Assembly (NCBI GenBank): GCA_963793305.1
Contig: CAWBZV010000010.1
Coordinates: 96,001 to 160,000 of the forward strand
DNA: 64,000 bases
Reading direction: 5' to 3'
DNA from: an uncultured Gemmatimonadales bacterium
Lineage (GTDB): Bacteria; Gemmatimonadota; Gemmatimonadetes; Gemmatimonadales; Gemmatimonadaceae
In this document: in pieces, positions 39,206-48,599 of the stretch
Position numbering within the stretch: the stretch's first letter is position 1
How the letters are laid out: each line of letters opens with the position of its first letter
Made by a program: the position numbers and the translations under genes
The notes under the pieces: generated by a model
The model's input: only the letters and a program-made list of their open reading frames with translations
Databases searched by the model: none
Told to the model about the DNA's origin: nothing

Positions 39206-39676
39206 GTGTCCAATGATCGCAGGCTACACGAACAGGTGCTCGTGGCCATATGCCGTGAGCTCGGTGTCGACATTCAGAGCGTCAGTGCGCGGGTGGAGTC
39301 AGGCGTCGTGTCGCTGAGCGGCATCGTCGATACCCCTGCCGAGCTGGTGGCGGTCGAGCGGGCGGTGTGGGGCGTGTCGGGCATCCGTGGGATGACGCAA
39401 CGCATGCGCGCGCGCCGGACATTCGAAGGTGGCCCGACCAATGCCGAGCTTGTCCTGGCGGTACTGAATACCGTCAAGCGCAACGTGCGCGTCCGCGTCG
39501 AAGACGGCGTCGTGACGCTCATGGGCCCGTTTGCGACCGCGGCCGAGCGCGATGGGGCCGCCGCTGCCGCAGCATCGGTCGCCGGTGTGCGTGGCGTGTC
39601 GGTCGCAGACGACATCGGTACGACGGTATCGCGTCGGCCAACGCTCGTGTCGCGTATTCGCGCGTCGTGGGCGTAG
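39206..39676 (+). CDS. Two-BON-domain protein, paralog of 9252..9728
   Basis: DRRLHEQVLVAICR, AVERAVW and GPT...SRIR.SW are shared with the 9252 copy. Confidence 0.85.
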   Translation: MSNDRRLHEQVLVAICRELGVDIQSVSARVESGVVSLSGIVDTPAELVAVERAVWGVSGIRGMTQRMRARRTFEGGPTNAELVLAVLNTVKRNVRVRVEDGVVTLMGPFATAAERDGAAAAAASVAGVRGVSVADDIGTTVSRRPTLVSRIRASWA

Positions 39677-39707
39677 CGGCAAGGATTGCGCCAGCGTACC
39701 GAATGGC

Positions 39708-40688
39708 ATGCGTATCCTCGTCTACGGCGCCGGCGTGCAGGGCTCGCTGTACGCCGCGCGGCTCCACGAGGCCGGGCACTATGTGACCGTGCTCGCGCGC
39801 GGCGAGCGTCTCGGCGCGCTGCGGGCACAGGGCGTCGTCCTCGAGGAGGCGCTGACCGGGCGGCGCACGCACGCGCGCGTCGACGTGACCGCGTCACTCG
39901 AGCCCGATGACGTATTCGACCTCATCATAGTCGCCGTGCGGCGCGACCAAGTTGACGCCGTGCTCCCAACGATCGCGGCAGCGCGCCGCGTGCCGATGGT
40001 GCTGTTCATGCACAACCACGCCGGCGGCGCCTCGGCGCTGCTCAATGCGGTCGGAGCCGAGCGAGTCGTGCTCGGGTTCCCGGGCGCCGGCGGGGTACGC
40101 GTTGGGTCGGTCGTGCGCTACGTGCTGATCCCACAGCAACCGACGACCATCGGCGAGCCGAGCGGGCGTCGAACGCCCCGGCTCCACACGCTCACGCGAG
40201 CGTTGCGCCGCGCGGGATTTCCCGTCAGAACGGAGTCACGCATGAACGCGTGGCTCAACGCACACGCCGTCTTCGTGACCGCCGTTGCCGGGAGCCTGTA
40301 TCTCGTCGACGGTAACACGGCGACACTGGCCGCAGATCGAGGTGCCATCGCGGGCTTGATCCGAGGCGTGCGCGAGGGGTTCCGGGCGCTGGCCATGAGC
40401 AGGAGCGGGGCGCCACCGATCAATCTGCGCGCGATATTCGCGTGGGCGCCGGAACGGGTCGCGGTATGGTACTGGAGCCGATATTTCTCGCAGCCGATGG
40501 CCGACTATGCGTTCGGCGGTCATGTCAAAGCCGCTGCCGTCGAGATGCAAGCACTCGCTCGGGAGGTGGGCCGCATCCTGCACGGTACCTCGGTGCCAAC
40601 GGCCACGCTGGACGCGTTGTGGGCTGCGATAGAGGTCCGAGCACGCGATGGCGCGATGGCGTCCGAACAGAAGACTGGATGTCGGTAG
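39708..40688 (+). CDS. Ketopantoate-reductase (PanE/ApbA)-family oxidoreductase
   Basis: MRILVYGAGVQGSLYA, DLIIVAV and LGFPGAGG. Confidence 0.82.
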   Translation: MRILVYGAGVQGSLYAARLHEAGHYVTVLARGERLGALRAQGVVLEEALTGRRTHARVDVTASLEPDDVFDLIIVAVRRDQVDAVLPTIAAARRVPMVLFMHNHAGGASALLNAVGAERVVLGFPGAGGVRVGSVVRYVLIPQQPTTIGEPSGRRTPRLHTLTRALRRAGFPVRTESRMNAWLNAHAVFVTAVAGSLYLVDGNTATLAADRGAIAGLIRGVREGFRALAMSRSGAPPINLRAIFAWAPERVAVWYWSRYFSQPMADYAFGGHVKAAAVEMQALAREVGRILHGTSVPTATLDALWAAIEVRARDGAMASEQKTGCR

Positions 40689-40699
40689 TTCCGCAGCGC

Positions 40700-40965
40700 A
40701 CCAGGTCCCACTGAAGTTCTTCCTGTTGGTTGTGTCCTCTGCATTCCGTTCTGGTTGGCCGGCGCCTCGATGCTGCTGCAAGCTCACCGGTCTCCGGCAT
40801 GGATCGCCGAGTGGGGTGTTGGCACTATCGCAACACGGGTTCTTCTCGTCTGGCTGTACAACAACACGGGCAGGAGCGTCTTCGCCGTCACGCAGTGCCA
40901 CGCGATGCAGAATCTCAGTTGGATGCTGTTCCCGGTCTACGGTTCCTACTACGACCCGCTGGTTA
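40700..40965 (+). pseudogene. Possible CPBP (CAAX protease) membrane protein remnant
   Basis: RVLLVWLYNNTGRSVFAV..CHAMQNLSW resembles a CPBP C-terminus; the gene is short and out of frame. Confidence 0.45.
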
Positions 40966-42120
40966 TCCACCGTGCCGGACGAGCGTCACGCAGAGTCCCA
41001 TCAGGGCCCCGCCGAGCACGAGCCAGGCGGAGCTCGCCCGAAATTTGACCAGCAGCACGAGACTCGCGATCAGAATTCCCAGGGTCAGACCATCAACCAG
41101 CGCCGCGCGCCCGAGTTGTACGCTAACGACCGCCATGAGTGCGAGCGACGCGACGGTCACCCCGCTCAGCACCGCGCCGGCGATCGCCGAGCGTTTGATC
41201 CGTGGAACGAGTGGACCGCTGGCCGCCACGTAGAGGAACGAGGGAAGAAAGACGCCGACGGTGGCAACGAGTGCGCCCGGCAGTCCGCCGAGCACATATC
41301 CGATGAACGTCGCCGTCGTGAACACCGGCCCCGGCGTCACCTGGCCGACCGCGACCGCGTCCAACAACTGCCGCTCTGTCAACCAATGCAGACGCTGTAC
41401 GAGGTCGCCTTGCAGAAAGGCCAACAGGACATACCCGCTCCCGTACAACACGGCGCCAACTTTAAGAAAGACGACGAACAGCGGCCAGAGTCCGAATGCC
41501 GTCCCACCCGCCGTCGACGTCGCGGTGAGACCGGACCACCATACGGCAGCCGCCACCCGTCCCTTGCGCACGAGCTCCGGTAGCACCCCGAGCAGTCCTC
41601 CAATGCCGAGCACCGGGAGTACACCGATCCCCAGCGCGGCCGCGACGAGCGTGCAGATCGCTACGACGCCGAGCCATCGGCTTTTGATCGCAGTCGGCGC
41701 CAGGTTGCGAAGTGCCTCGAGGACCACAGCGATCACCACCGGCTCGACGCCATAGAGAACGCCCGCCGCGGCCGGCAGGGTGCCGAACTGGCGATAGGCC
41801 CACGCGATCGCGCTCACGATCAGAAACGCCGGGAGAATGAAGCACACGCCGGCGACCACGAGTCCGCGCCACCCCGCACGCCGGTAGCCAATGAAGATCG
41901 CCAGCTCCGTCGAGTTCGGACCTGGGATCACGTTGGCCGCGCCCAGCAGGTCGAGAAACTCCTCACGCATCAGCCACCCGCGCCGCCGCACGACCTGATC
42001 TTCCATCATCGCGATGTGCGCCGCCGGCCCGCCGAACGCGGTTGTCCCGAGCGTCAGAAAGTACGTGGCCAATTCGATGAGTGATACCGGCTGGCCGTCA
42101 TGAGCAGGACGCTCGCTCAT
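40963..42120 (-). CDS. chrA: Chromate (CHR family) transporter
   Basis: AFGGPAAHIAMM, IPGPNSTE, GSGYVL and GQVTPGP. Confidence 0.9.
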   Translation of the reverse strand: MSERPAHDGQPVSLIELATYFLTLGTTAFGGPAAHIAMMEDQVVRRRGWLMREEFLDLLGAANVIPGPNSTELAIFIGYRRAGWRGLVVAGVCFILPAFLIVSAIAWAYRQFGTLPAAAGVLYGVEPVVIAVVLEALRNLAPTAIKSRWLGVVAICTLVAAALGIGVLPVLGIGGLLGVLPELVRKGRVAAAVWWSGLTATSTAGGTAFGLWPLFVVFLKVGAVLYGSGYVLLAFLQGDLVQRLHWLTERQLLDAVAVGQVTPGPVFTTATFIGYVLGGLPGALVATVGVFLPSFLYVAASGPLVPRIKRSAIAGAVLSGVTVASLALMAVVSVQLGRAALVDGLTLGILIASLVLLVKFRASSAWLVLGGALMGLCVTLVRHGG

Positions 42121-42800
42121 GAAGGGTTGTCCATCATTCGGCGCAGCGCCGCGACATCCTTGAGGTGAATCCGGCCGCGGCCGGCGCTGGCGATCAGTCC
42201 ACTCGCTCGCAGCGATCGGAGCGCACGCACCACGACCTCGCGCACGGTACCCAGCTCCGCAGCCAACGCTTCTTGTGACATGCCGAGGCCAACCTCCGCA
42301 TCCCCACCGATCGTCGTTCGCGGCACTTTGGCGAGCAAGAGCCCGACGAGCCGTGTCGTAGCGCTCTGCAGCGCCAATCGATCCACTCGCTCTACCAGTC
42401 CCCGTACACGCGACGCCAAGCGGTCGAGCAGCACCCATGCCACCGCCGGGTCGGCGACGATTGCCGCCTCTATGGCCTCGCGCGACAATATCAGACACTG
42501 CGTAGCTGCGGTAGCGATGGCGGTTGCCGGGGCGGATCCGCCGCTGTAGAACGGCACCTCGCCCAAGGTCCCACCCGGACCCTCGGTGTGCAGCACGTGC
42601 TGACGCCCACCCGACTCCCGGATCACGCGCACCTCACCTTCGATCACCACGAGCATGCGATCGATCGGGCTGCCTGCGGTCCAGAGCACTTCGCCGGCGT
42701 GGAACTGCCACACCGTGGCCCGAGCCGCGAGCGCGCGCCGCGCCGGCGGCGACAGCCGGTCGAGGATCGGAACCCGAGGGAGTGCGTCCTGGCGGATCAC
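42117..42800 (-). CDS. Crp/Fnr-family transcriptional regulator
   Basis: cNMP-binding domain (GEVRV...LGEVP) and HTH SQEALAAELGTVREVVVRAL; no FNR Cys cluster. Confidence 0.9.
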   Translation of the reverse strand: MIRQDALPRVPILDRLSPPARRALAARATVWQFHAGEVLWTAGSPIDRMLVVIEGEVRVIRESGGRQHVLHTEGPGGTLGEVPFYSGGSAPATAIATAATQCLILSREAIEAAIVADPAVAWVLLDRLASRVRGLVERVDRLALQSATTRLVGLLLAKVPRTTIGGDAEVGLGMSQEALAAELGTVREVVVRALRSLRASGLIASAGRGRIHLKDVAALRRMMDNPS

Positions 42801-42811
42801 GGCACCTCAAA

Positions 42812-42827
42812 TGAGACTTTGGTCCCA
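42812..42827. promoter_or_regulatory. CRP-like box in the divergent promoter
   Basis: TGAGA-CTTTGG-TCCCA has the TGTGA-N6-TCACA geometry. Confidence 0.55.
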
Positions 42828-42883
42828 GCGCCGCTCAGGAGCGAGAGCCTACACTGGTCGCATCCTGATCCCGGGAGAATCGA

Positions 42884-43462
42884 ATGACAATCAATGTATG
42901 GAACTTATCGCTCCTCGTCCAGACGCGCCGACTCAGCGCACTCGTCGCACTTCAATTCGCGGCCCTCGCGCCGTTGCGGGCACAGGAGTGCAACATGGAC
43001 AGTATGCCCAAGATGCACGACATGACCGCCAGCCAAGACAGCGCGTATCACGCCATGGAGGCGCGCGGCGCTCGGGCCATGGGTGTCGACCAGTACACCT
43101 CAACGCACCACTTCACAGACTTGACCGACGGCGGCCGCATCGAGCTCGAGCGCAATGTCGACGACTCCGCCGGCGTCGCCATGATCAGGCACCACCTCCG
43201 GATGATCGCGCGGGCGTTCGGCAGCGGCGACTTCTCGACGCCAATGTTCGTACATATGCGCAATGTGCCGGGTACCGCGACCATGGCGGCCAAGCGCAAC
43301 GCGATCACCTACACCGTGCGCGACCTGCCGCGCGGCGGCGCTGTCCGCATCACCACTCATGATCCGGACGCTCTCGCCGCAGTCCACCAATTTCTGGCCT
43401 TTCAACGTCGCGACCACCACGCAGAGTCTCGCACCGAAACCTCACGTCGGGCTGGGCCGTAG
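42884..43462 (+). CDS. Secreted His/Met-rich hypothetical protein
   Basis: Signal-like N-terminus; MDSMPKMHDM, MGVDQYTSTHHF, GDFSTPMFVH and AVHQFLAFQRRDH. Confidence 0.65.
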   Translation: MTINVWNLSLLVQTRRLSALVALQFAALAPLRAQECNMDSMPKMHDMTASQDSAYHAMEARGARAMGVDQYTSTHHFTDLTDGGRIELERNVDDSAGVAMIRHHLRMIARAFGSGDFSTPMFVHMRNVPGTATMAAKRNAITYTVRDLPRGGAVRITTHDPDALAAVHQFLAFQRRDHHAESRTETSRRAGP

Positions 43463-43716
43463 GGATGCGCTATGAATCCAAATGCCGCCTGGATCAGAGC
43501 ATCCATCATCGCCGGCTCGGCAATGTTCGTGTTCGCGCTCGCGGTATCGTCGGATTCTTGCGGACGCGTCCCGCCGGACGCCAGTGGCGTGAGTTCGTCG
43601 CGGGCGGCGCGATCGCGATCGGGTATCTCTTGGCAATGGTGTGGACGGTGGGACCACCGGAGGGCGTCGAACACATCAAGCAAGCATTCGGGCTGCGCTA
43701 GCAGTAAGATCAGCGC

Positions 43717-45036
43717 ATGCCGGATGTCCTCGTCACCGACTGCGGGGCGCTGGGAGATGCCAGCGGCCGGAAGATCACCGCCGCCGAGCTCTCGGCGATG
43801 CACCCGATCGGGCAGCACTATCAGCCCGGCGTTGATACGGTCGACCTCGTTGGCTGCCAGGAAGGGATCTATCGCGCATTCGGCCCGCCGGGCAACGAGA
43901 ACGGCGCGAGCTACCGCCGCAACAAGCGCCTCAAATTCCCAGGCGGCGAATATGTGCTGAATCGCCCGCTCGAGCTGCGCTACCTACAGGGCGGCACGAT
44001 CGAAGGCGACGGAGAGTTTGCGACGACGCTCACCGGTACGAACAAGAGCGGCGGCGAGGGCGGTGCGTCGGTCCTGTACGTCAACGGCATGAGCTACAGC
44101 GGTATCTCGGCCATGCAGTTGCGACAAGCGCCGGGCACGGGCGCGCCGGGCGGAGCGCTCCTCACGCTCGACTACGACGGAACGTCGCCACCGAGCGGAT
44201 GGCACGCGGAGATGCAGGGGAACATGTTCCAGCGGCTGTATCTGTCGGGCGAGGGGTATGGCAATCGCTCGTCCGGCGTATACGCGTACGGCCACTATCG
44301 CATGGGCAGCGAGAACCTGTGGCAGGCGTGCTCGTTCATCTGGTTCGACTACGGGTACTACGGCGACCGGTCGTTCAATTCGCTGCAGAATTGCTTCCAG
44401 GGCGGCAATTTCGCGAACTGCCGCAAGCGCGCGATCCTCATTCGCGCCGGCTCGGTCGCCTGCATCTCCGTCGGGTTCCAGTGTGGCGACCTGGGTACGC
44501 AACTCACCGGCGCCGATACGCCGGTCGATATCGAGCTCCAGAATAGCGCCGGCAACGTCTCGTACTTCACGTACTGCCGGAGCGAGTCGGCGCGGTTCCT
44601 CCGCGCGGCCAATGACCACAAGGCGGTCGTGACCGCGTGCAATGTGCTGCCCGACTTGAACCGCTGGCGCGCCGGAGTCGCCCAGCGCACCCTGTCGGTC
44701 ATCATGGGCACGCACGCCAAGGGCGTCGGGTGCATCTATATCGCCGAGAAAGAGGGCACGACGGGGACGACGGAGCCCGACTGGGCGACCGCCAGCGAGC
44801 GCGTGACCGACGGCACGGTCACCTGGAAGCGGTCGGACCACAACATCATCAATGGAGGGTTGACCAACGTCACGGCGTGCGTGTTGACGTTTGGGCGGAC
44901 GGCCGTTGACTACATCGATCGATGCGAGTTGTCGCGCAAGGACTGGCCGAACATGCCCACGCAACGCAATGGGGGGCACAATCGGATATGGCTCAATGGT
45001 CACGCCAACGACTCGCGGGGGATCGTGACCCCATGA
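43717..45036 (+). CDS. Right-handed beta-helix (pectate-lyase-3 / tailspike-like) protein with a CBM-like insert
   Basis: VTDCGALGD and LKFPGGEYVLNRPL N-terminal signature, N/C-rich repeats, and GTTGTTEPDW...VTDGTVTW. Confidence 0.6.
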   Translation: MPDVLVTDCGALGDASGRKITAAELSAMHPIGQHYQPGVDTVDLVGCQEGIYRAFGPPGNENGASYRRNKRLKFPGGEYVLNRPLELRYLQGGTIEGDGEFATTLTGTNKSGGEGGASVLYVNGMSYSGISAMQLRQAPGTGAPGGALLTLDYDGTSPPSGWHAEMQGNMFQRLYLSGEGYGNRSSGVYAYGHYRMGSENLWQACSFIWFDYGYYGDRSFNSLQNCFQGGNFANCRKRAILIRAGSVACISVGFQCGDLGTQLTGADTPVDIELQNSAGNVSYFTYCRSESARFLRAANDHKAVVTACNVLPDLNRWRAGVAQRTLSVIMGTHAKGVGCIYIAEKEGTTGTTEPDWATASERVTDGTVTWKRSDHNIINGGLTNVTACVLTFGRTAVDYIDRCELSRKDWPNMPTQRNGGHNRIWLNGHANDSRGIVTP

Positions 45037-45710
45037 ACGCTCGTGCGCTCTCGGCGCTGATCGCCCTCGCGGTGCAAGGCGCGCCACTGCAACGGGTGAC
45101 GCGCGATCAGCTGTGCGTCACGAATGGTGAGATCACGACGATGCCAAAGGGGCGACTGGCGATCAATACGCCGAGCTCGCGAGCGATTGTCCAGATTCCG
45201 ACCGCGTCTGGCGTGGCCGAGATTCGGTTCACGTATCTGGGTCCGAGCGAAGGCTCGAAGCCGCTGGCGAGCGGCGAGATGCGGCGACAGATCGGGCTCA
45301 AGCTCCGGGCGCTGAATCAGTGCAACCTGCTCTACATCATGTGGCACATTGAGCCGGACGCCAAGATTGCCGTGTCGATCAAGCGCAACCCTGGCCAGTC
45401 TACGCACGAGCAGTGCGACGCACACGGCTACGCGACGATTCGGCCGCGGGCGATGCTGGCCGCACCGCGCGTGCTACCGGGTCAATCCCACACGTTGCGC
45501 GCGGATCTCGCCGGTCAAGATCTCACGATCACGGCCAATGGCAAAGTCGTCTGGGATGGGTCGGTCGGGAATGGCCTGACCGGTATCAATGGACCGATTG
45601 GTCTCCGCACCGATAACGCGCGGTTCGAATTCGACTACGCTGTCATGCCGGCCACCAACGGGCCGACGAGTCGGTGTGAATCGTCAGGCCAGGACGCGGG
45701 CGCCGACTGA
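45033..45710 (+). CDS. Secreted hypothetical protein, beta-sandwich-like
   Basis: Signal peptide; ATGA overlap with the upstream gene; NGKVVWDG...GPIGLRTDN. Confidence 0.65.
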   Translation: MNARALSALIALAVQGAPLQRVTRDQLCVTNGEITTMPKGRLAINTPSSRAIVQIPTASGVAEIRFTYLGPSEGSKPLASGEMRRQIGLKLRALNQCNLLYIMWHIEPDAKIAVSIKRNPGQSTHEQCDAHGYATIRPRAMLAAPRVLPGQSHTLRADLAGQDLTITANGKVVWDGSVGNGLTGINGPIGLRTDNARFEFDYAVMPATNGPTSRCESSGQDAGAD

Positions 45711-47135
45711 CGACCGCGAAATCGGCACCTCGATCCAGAACGTCGTCTCGCCGCCCGCTCTCCGCTCGGACTCGACCCCGATGCGCCCACCGTGCTGCTC
45801 GATGATCGCCTTGGCGATCGCGAGCCCGAGGCCGGTCCCGCCGTGTCGGCGCGCGTCGGAGCCGTCGAGCTGCTGAAAGCGAGCGAATAATCGCGGGAGG
45901 TCCGACCCGGCAATCCCGTCGCCGATGTTGGTCACGGCGATACGCACGACGCCAACGTCGCGGCCAATGCCGACACGGACATCGGAGCCCGGCGTCGCGA
46001 ACTTGATCGCGTTCGAGACGAGATTCGTCAGCACTTGCACCATCCGATCGCGATCGGCGCTGAACGTCGTGTCGTCCATCACCCGCGCCGCGAGCGTCAC
46101 ACGATGCTCGGCCGCGGTCGCGGCCAGCCCATCGAGCGTCGCCCGCACGATCTCGCTGGCGAGGAGCGGCTGCCGACGCAGCTCCACCCGACCCGCTTCG
46201 ATCTTGTCGAGATCGAGCATGTCGTTGATCAACCGCACCAGGCGCTCCGAGTTGGCGCGTGCCATCGTCACGAGCTGCGTCGCCTGCGGTGAGCCGGCCG
46301 GTATGACGCCGCTCTCCAGCAATCTCAGCGACCCATGGATGGCGGTGAGCGGCGTCCGCAGCTCATGCGACACGGTCGACACGAACTCGCTCTTGAGCCG
46401 GTTGACCCGCATCCACGCGGTCACGTCGCGCACGATGGAGATCCGCGCCGCCAGCCCGCCGTAATCAATCGGCCGGCCGGACACCTCGGCCTCGAATGTC
46501 GTCCCGTCGGGCCTGAGCAAGGTGATCAAGTACGTCAAAGGCCGGTTCTCGACCATGATCCGTCGCACCGCATCGCGCTCCGGCAGCGCGATGTACTCCT
46601 CGGCCCGCGTCCCGATGGCGTCCTGCTCGGTCACGCCGAACATGCGCAGCCAGGCGGCATTGACCTCGAGGACGACCCCTTCGCGCGTGATCACGACGCC
46701 GTCGGTCGACGCGTCGGACAGCCGCCGAAACCGTGCCTCGCTCTGCGCCAACTCCACCATCACGCCATGCACGGCCCGCTCGGCCGTACAGTCCCGATAT
46801 CCGGCCACCGAGCCGCGGCACACGCCGTCGACGATGTCGGCGATCGCCCAGCCCCGACACAGAACGCGGCGGCCATCCTTGGCCAGGAGCGTGGCCTCGA
46901 AATCCTCGACCGGGTCGCCGCTGATGACCGCGCGGGCAACACGCAGGTAGCGATCACGATCTTCGGGTACGACGAAATCAACAGAGCGCATCGCGGACGC
47001 TTCGGCCAACGTGTAGCCGAGGGCGCGCTGCCAGGCCGCATTTACGTATACCAGCTCACCACTGGCGCCGGTCGCGCAGAGCATCTCGCTTGCGCGCTCC
47101 AGCAGGATTTTCCACCAACGTTCGCCCACGTCCAT
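45684..47135 (-). CDS. PAS-PAS sensor histidine kinase
   Basis: Two PAS domains, VSHELRTPL, NLVSNAIKF and GGTGLGLAI. Confidence 0.92.
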   Translation of the reverse strand: MDVGERWWKILLERASEMLCATGASGELVYVNAAWQRALGYTLAEASAMRSVDFVVPEDRDRYLRVARAVISGDPVEDFEATLLAKDGRRVLCRGWAIADIVDGVCRGSVAGYRDCTAERAVHGVMVELAQSEARFRRLSDASTDGVVITREGVVLEVNAAWLRMFGVTEQDAIGTRAEEYIALPERDAVRRIMVENRPLTYLITLLRPDGTTFEAEVSGRPIDYGGLAARISIVRDVTAWMRVNRLKSEFVSTVSHELRTPLTAIHGSLRLLESGVIPAGSPQATQLVTMARANSERLVRLINDMLDLDKIEAGRVELRRQPLLASEIVRATLDGLAATAAEHRVTLAARVMDDTTFSADRDRMVQVLTNLVSNAIKFATPGSDVRVGIGRDVGVVRIAVTNIGDGIAGSDLPRLFARFQQLDGSDARRHGGTGLGLAIAKAIIEQHGGRIGVESERRAGGETTFWIEVPISRSSVGARVLA

Positions 47136-47159
47136 ATGTCCGTTGACGACGAGCCGGCG

Positions 47160-47864
47160 TCATGGGATACCGGCAACCGCCTTGCGCACGGGCTCGGGCA
47201 GGGCGAACATGGCGTCGTCGACGTCGTCATACGTCACCGACGCGATTCGGTCGACCGATACGTCATCCCCATCGCGCGAGGTGGTCTTGGCCGCCATGAG
47301 GACGCCGCCATAGTTCGTGTAGTCCTCGAAGGTCGCCGTGGCATCGCCATTGCCACCTCGCCAGGCGGTGTTGAAGGCGTAGCCGAGGAGTAGGCCCGAC
47401 GCCGTATCATAGAACTGCTCGTTGACCTTCCCCCAGTTGTTCACGCCCTTGAGGTGATAACAGGGGTGGCCGTTGAACGGCTTGACATCGACGACGGTCA
47501 TCGAGCGGAAATAGTTCATGACGTGCAGGTGATAGTACATGTCCGCATCGCGCGCGATCGTCTTGATCACGTCGCTTTGCGGCAGGTGCACCTTGCCCGC
47601 CGTATCGATGGACCAGGCGATTTTTCCGTCGTAGCCGCCGCGCATCGTCTTCCCGTCCGGGAACAGGATCTTTTGCGCGGCCTTCGTGTCCTTCATGTAG
47701 AGCACCAGCTCGACATCGCCCTCCTTCATGTGCATGGTCATCGACTTGTGCCGTAGGAGCGCGTCGCGGCCACCGGTCGCCGTGACGTACCGGTCGAGGA
47801 CCTGCTGGACCGTCGGCAGCTGCAGCGCGGCCACAACGGCCAGCGCGAGGACGTTCATGGGCAT
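47160..47864 (-). CDS. Secreted hypothetical protein (lipoprotein-sorting-like fold)
   Basis: Signal peptide; LPTVQQVLDRYVTATGG, GYDGKIAW and FEDYTNYGGV. Confidence 0.65.
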   Translation of the reverse strand: MPMNVLALAVVAALQLPTVQQVLDRYVTATGGRDALLRHKSMTMHMKEGDVELVLYMKDTKAAQKILFPDGKTMRGGYDGKIAWSIDTAGKVHLPQSDVIKTIARDADMYYHLHVMNYFRSMTVVDVKPFNGHPCYHLKGVNNWGKVNEQFYDTASGLLLGYAFNTAWRGGNGDATATFEDYTNYGGVLMAAKTTSRDGDDVSVDRIASVTYDDVDDAMFALPEPVRKAVAGIP

Positions 47865-47897
47865 GCCCAGAAGCTCGGCGCTTGCCAGGGCAAAATC

Positions 47898-48599
47898 TTG
47901 TACGAGATTAGCGTCATGGTGGTCGAGGAGATGGTGTATCCGCCCGGACTGTGCGTCGAGCGACACGCGCACGAGACCGACAATCTCATCTACATCGTCT
48001 CGGGCCCGCATTGGTCCAGTTACAGCCGCGGCGGCAATGTCTGTCTTCCCGGAACGGTCCGCTTTATTCCGGCTGGCGAACCACACGAGAACTACTTCCC
48101 GGTGCGCTCACGCTGTCTGGCGATCGATCTGAGCCAGCCCGTCGGGACTTCTGGCGCACCTGGTGAGGTGAAAACTTCACTCGGTGCCCGTCTGTATCAC
48201 GAATTCCGCCAGCGCGACGACCTGAGCGCGCTCGGCATTGAAGCCACGATCCTGGAGATTCTCCTGAGCCAGCGGCGTGCGGAGAGGCTTCCGGCGTGGC
48301 TGTTGAGAGTCAGAGAGATGCTCCGTGAGGAGCGTCCGACCCTGAGGGACCTCGCGCGTGCAGTCGAGCGGCATCCCGTTCAGGTGAGCCGTCAGTTCCG
48401 ACGGCATTTCGGCTGCACGATATCCGAGTACGTCCGGCGCGTCCGCGTCGGACGAGCGCAATCCCTTCTCAACCGGGGCAAGATGAGAGTCGCCGAGGTT
48501 GCGCTCGCCTGCGGATTTTACGATCAGAGCCACTTCACGACCACGTTCGTGCGACTGGCCGGTATGTCCCCGCGTCAGTGGGTGATGGCGAAGAAATAA
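47898..48599 (+). CDS. AraC-family transcriptional regulator
   Basis: Cupin HAHE; FRRHFGCTISEY and VALACGFYDQSHFT. Confidence 0.88.
   Translation: MYEISVMVVEEMVYPPGLCVERHAHETDNLIYIVSGPHWSSYSRGGNVCLPGTVRFIPAGEPHENYFPVRSRCLAIDLSQPVGTSGAPGEVKTSLGARLYHEFRQRDDLSALGIEATILEILLSQRRAERLPAWLLRVREMLREERPTLRDLARAVERHPVQVSRQFRRHFGCTISEYVRRVRVGRAQSLLNRGKMRVAEVALACGFYDQSHFTTTFVRLAGMSPRQWVMAKK

Noticed and set aside
42117..42800. Crp/Fnr protein as the regulator of the 19-bp boxes
   Set aside because: TGTCA and TGACA are 9 bp apart in the boxes, not 6 bp as for CRP/CooA, and this regulator has its own N6 box. Not fully excluded.
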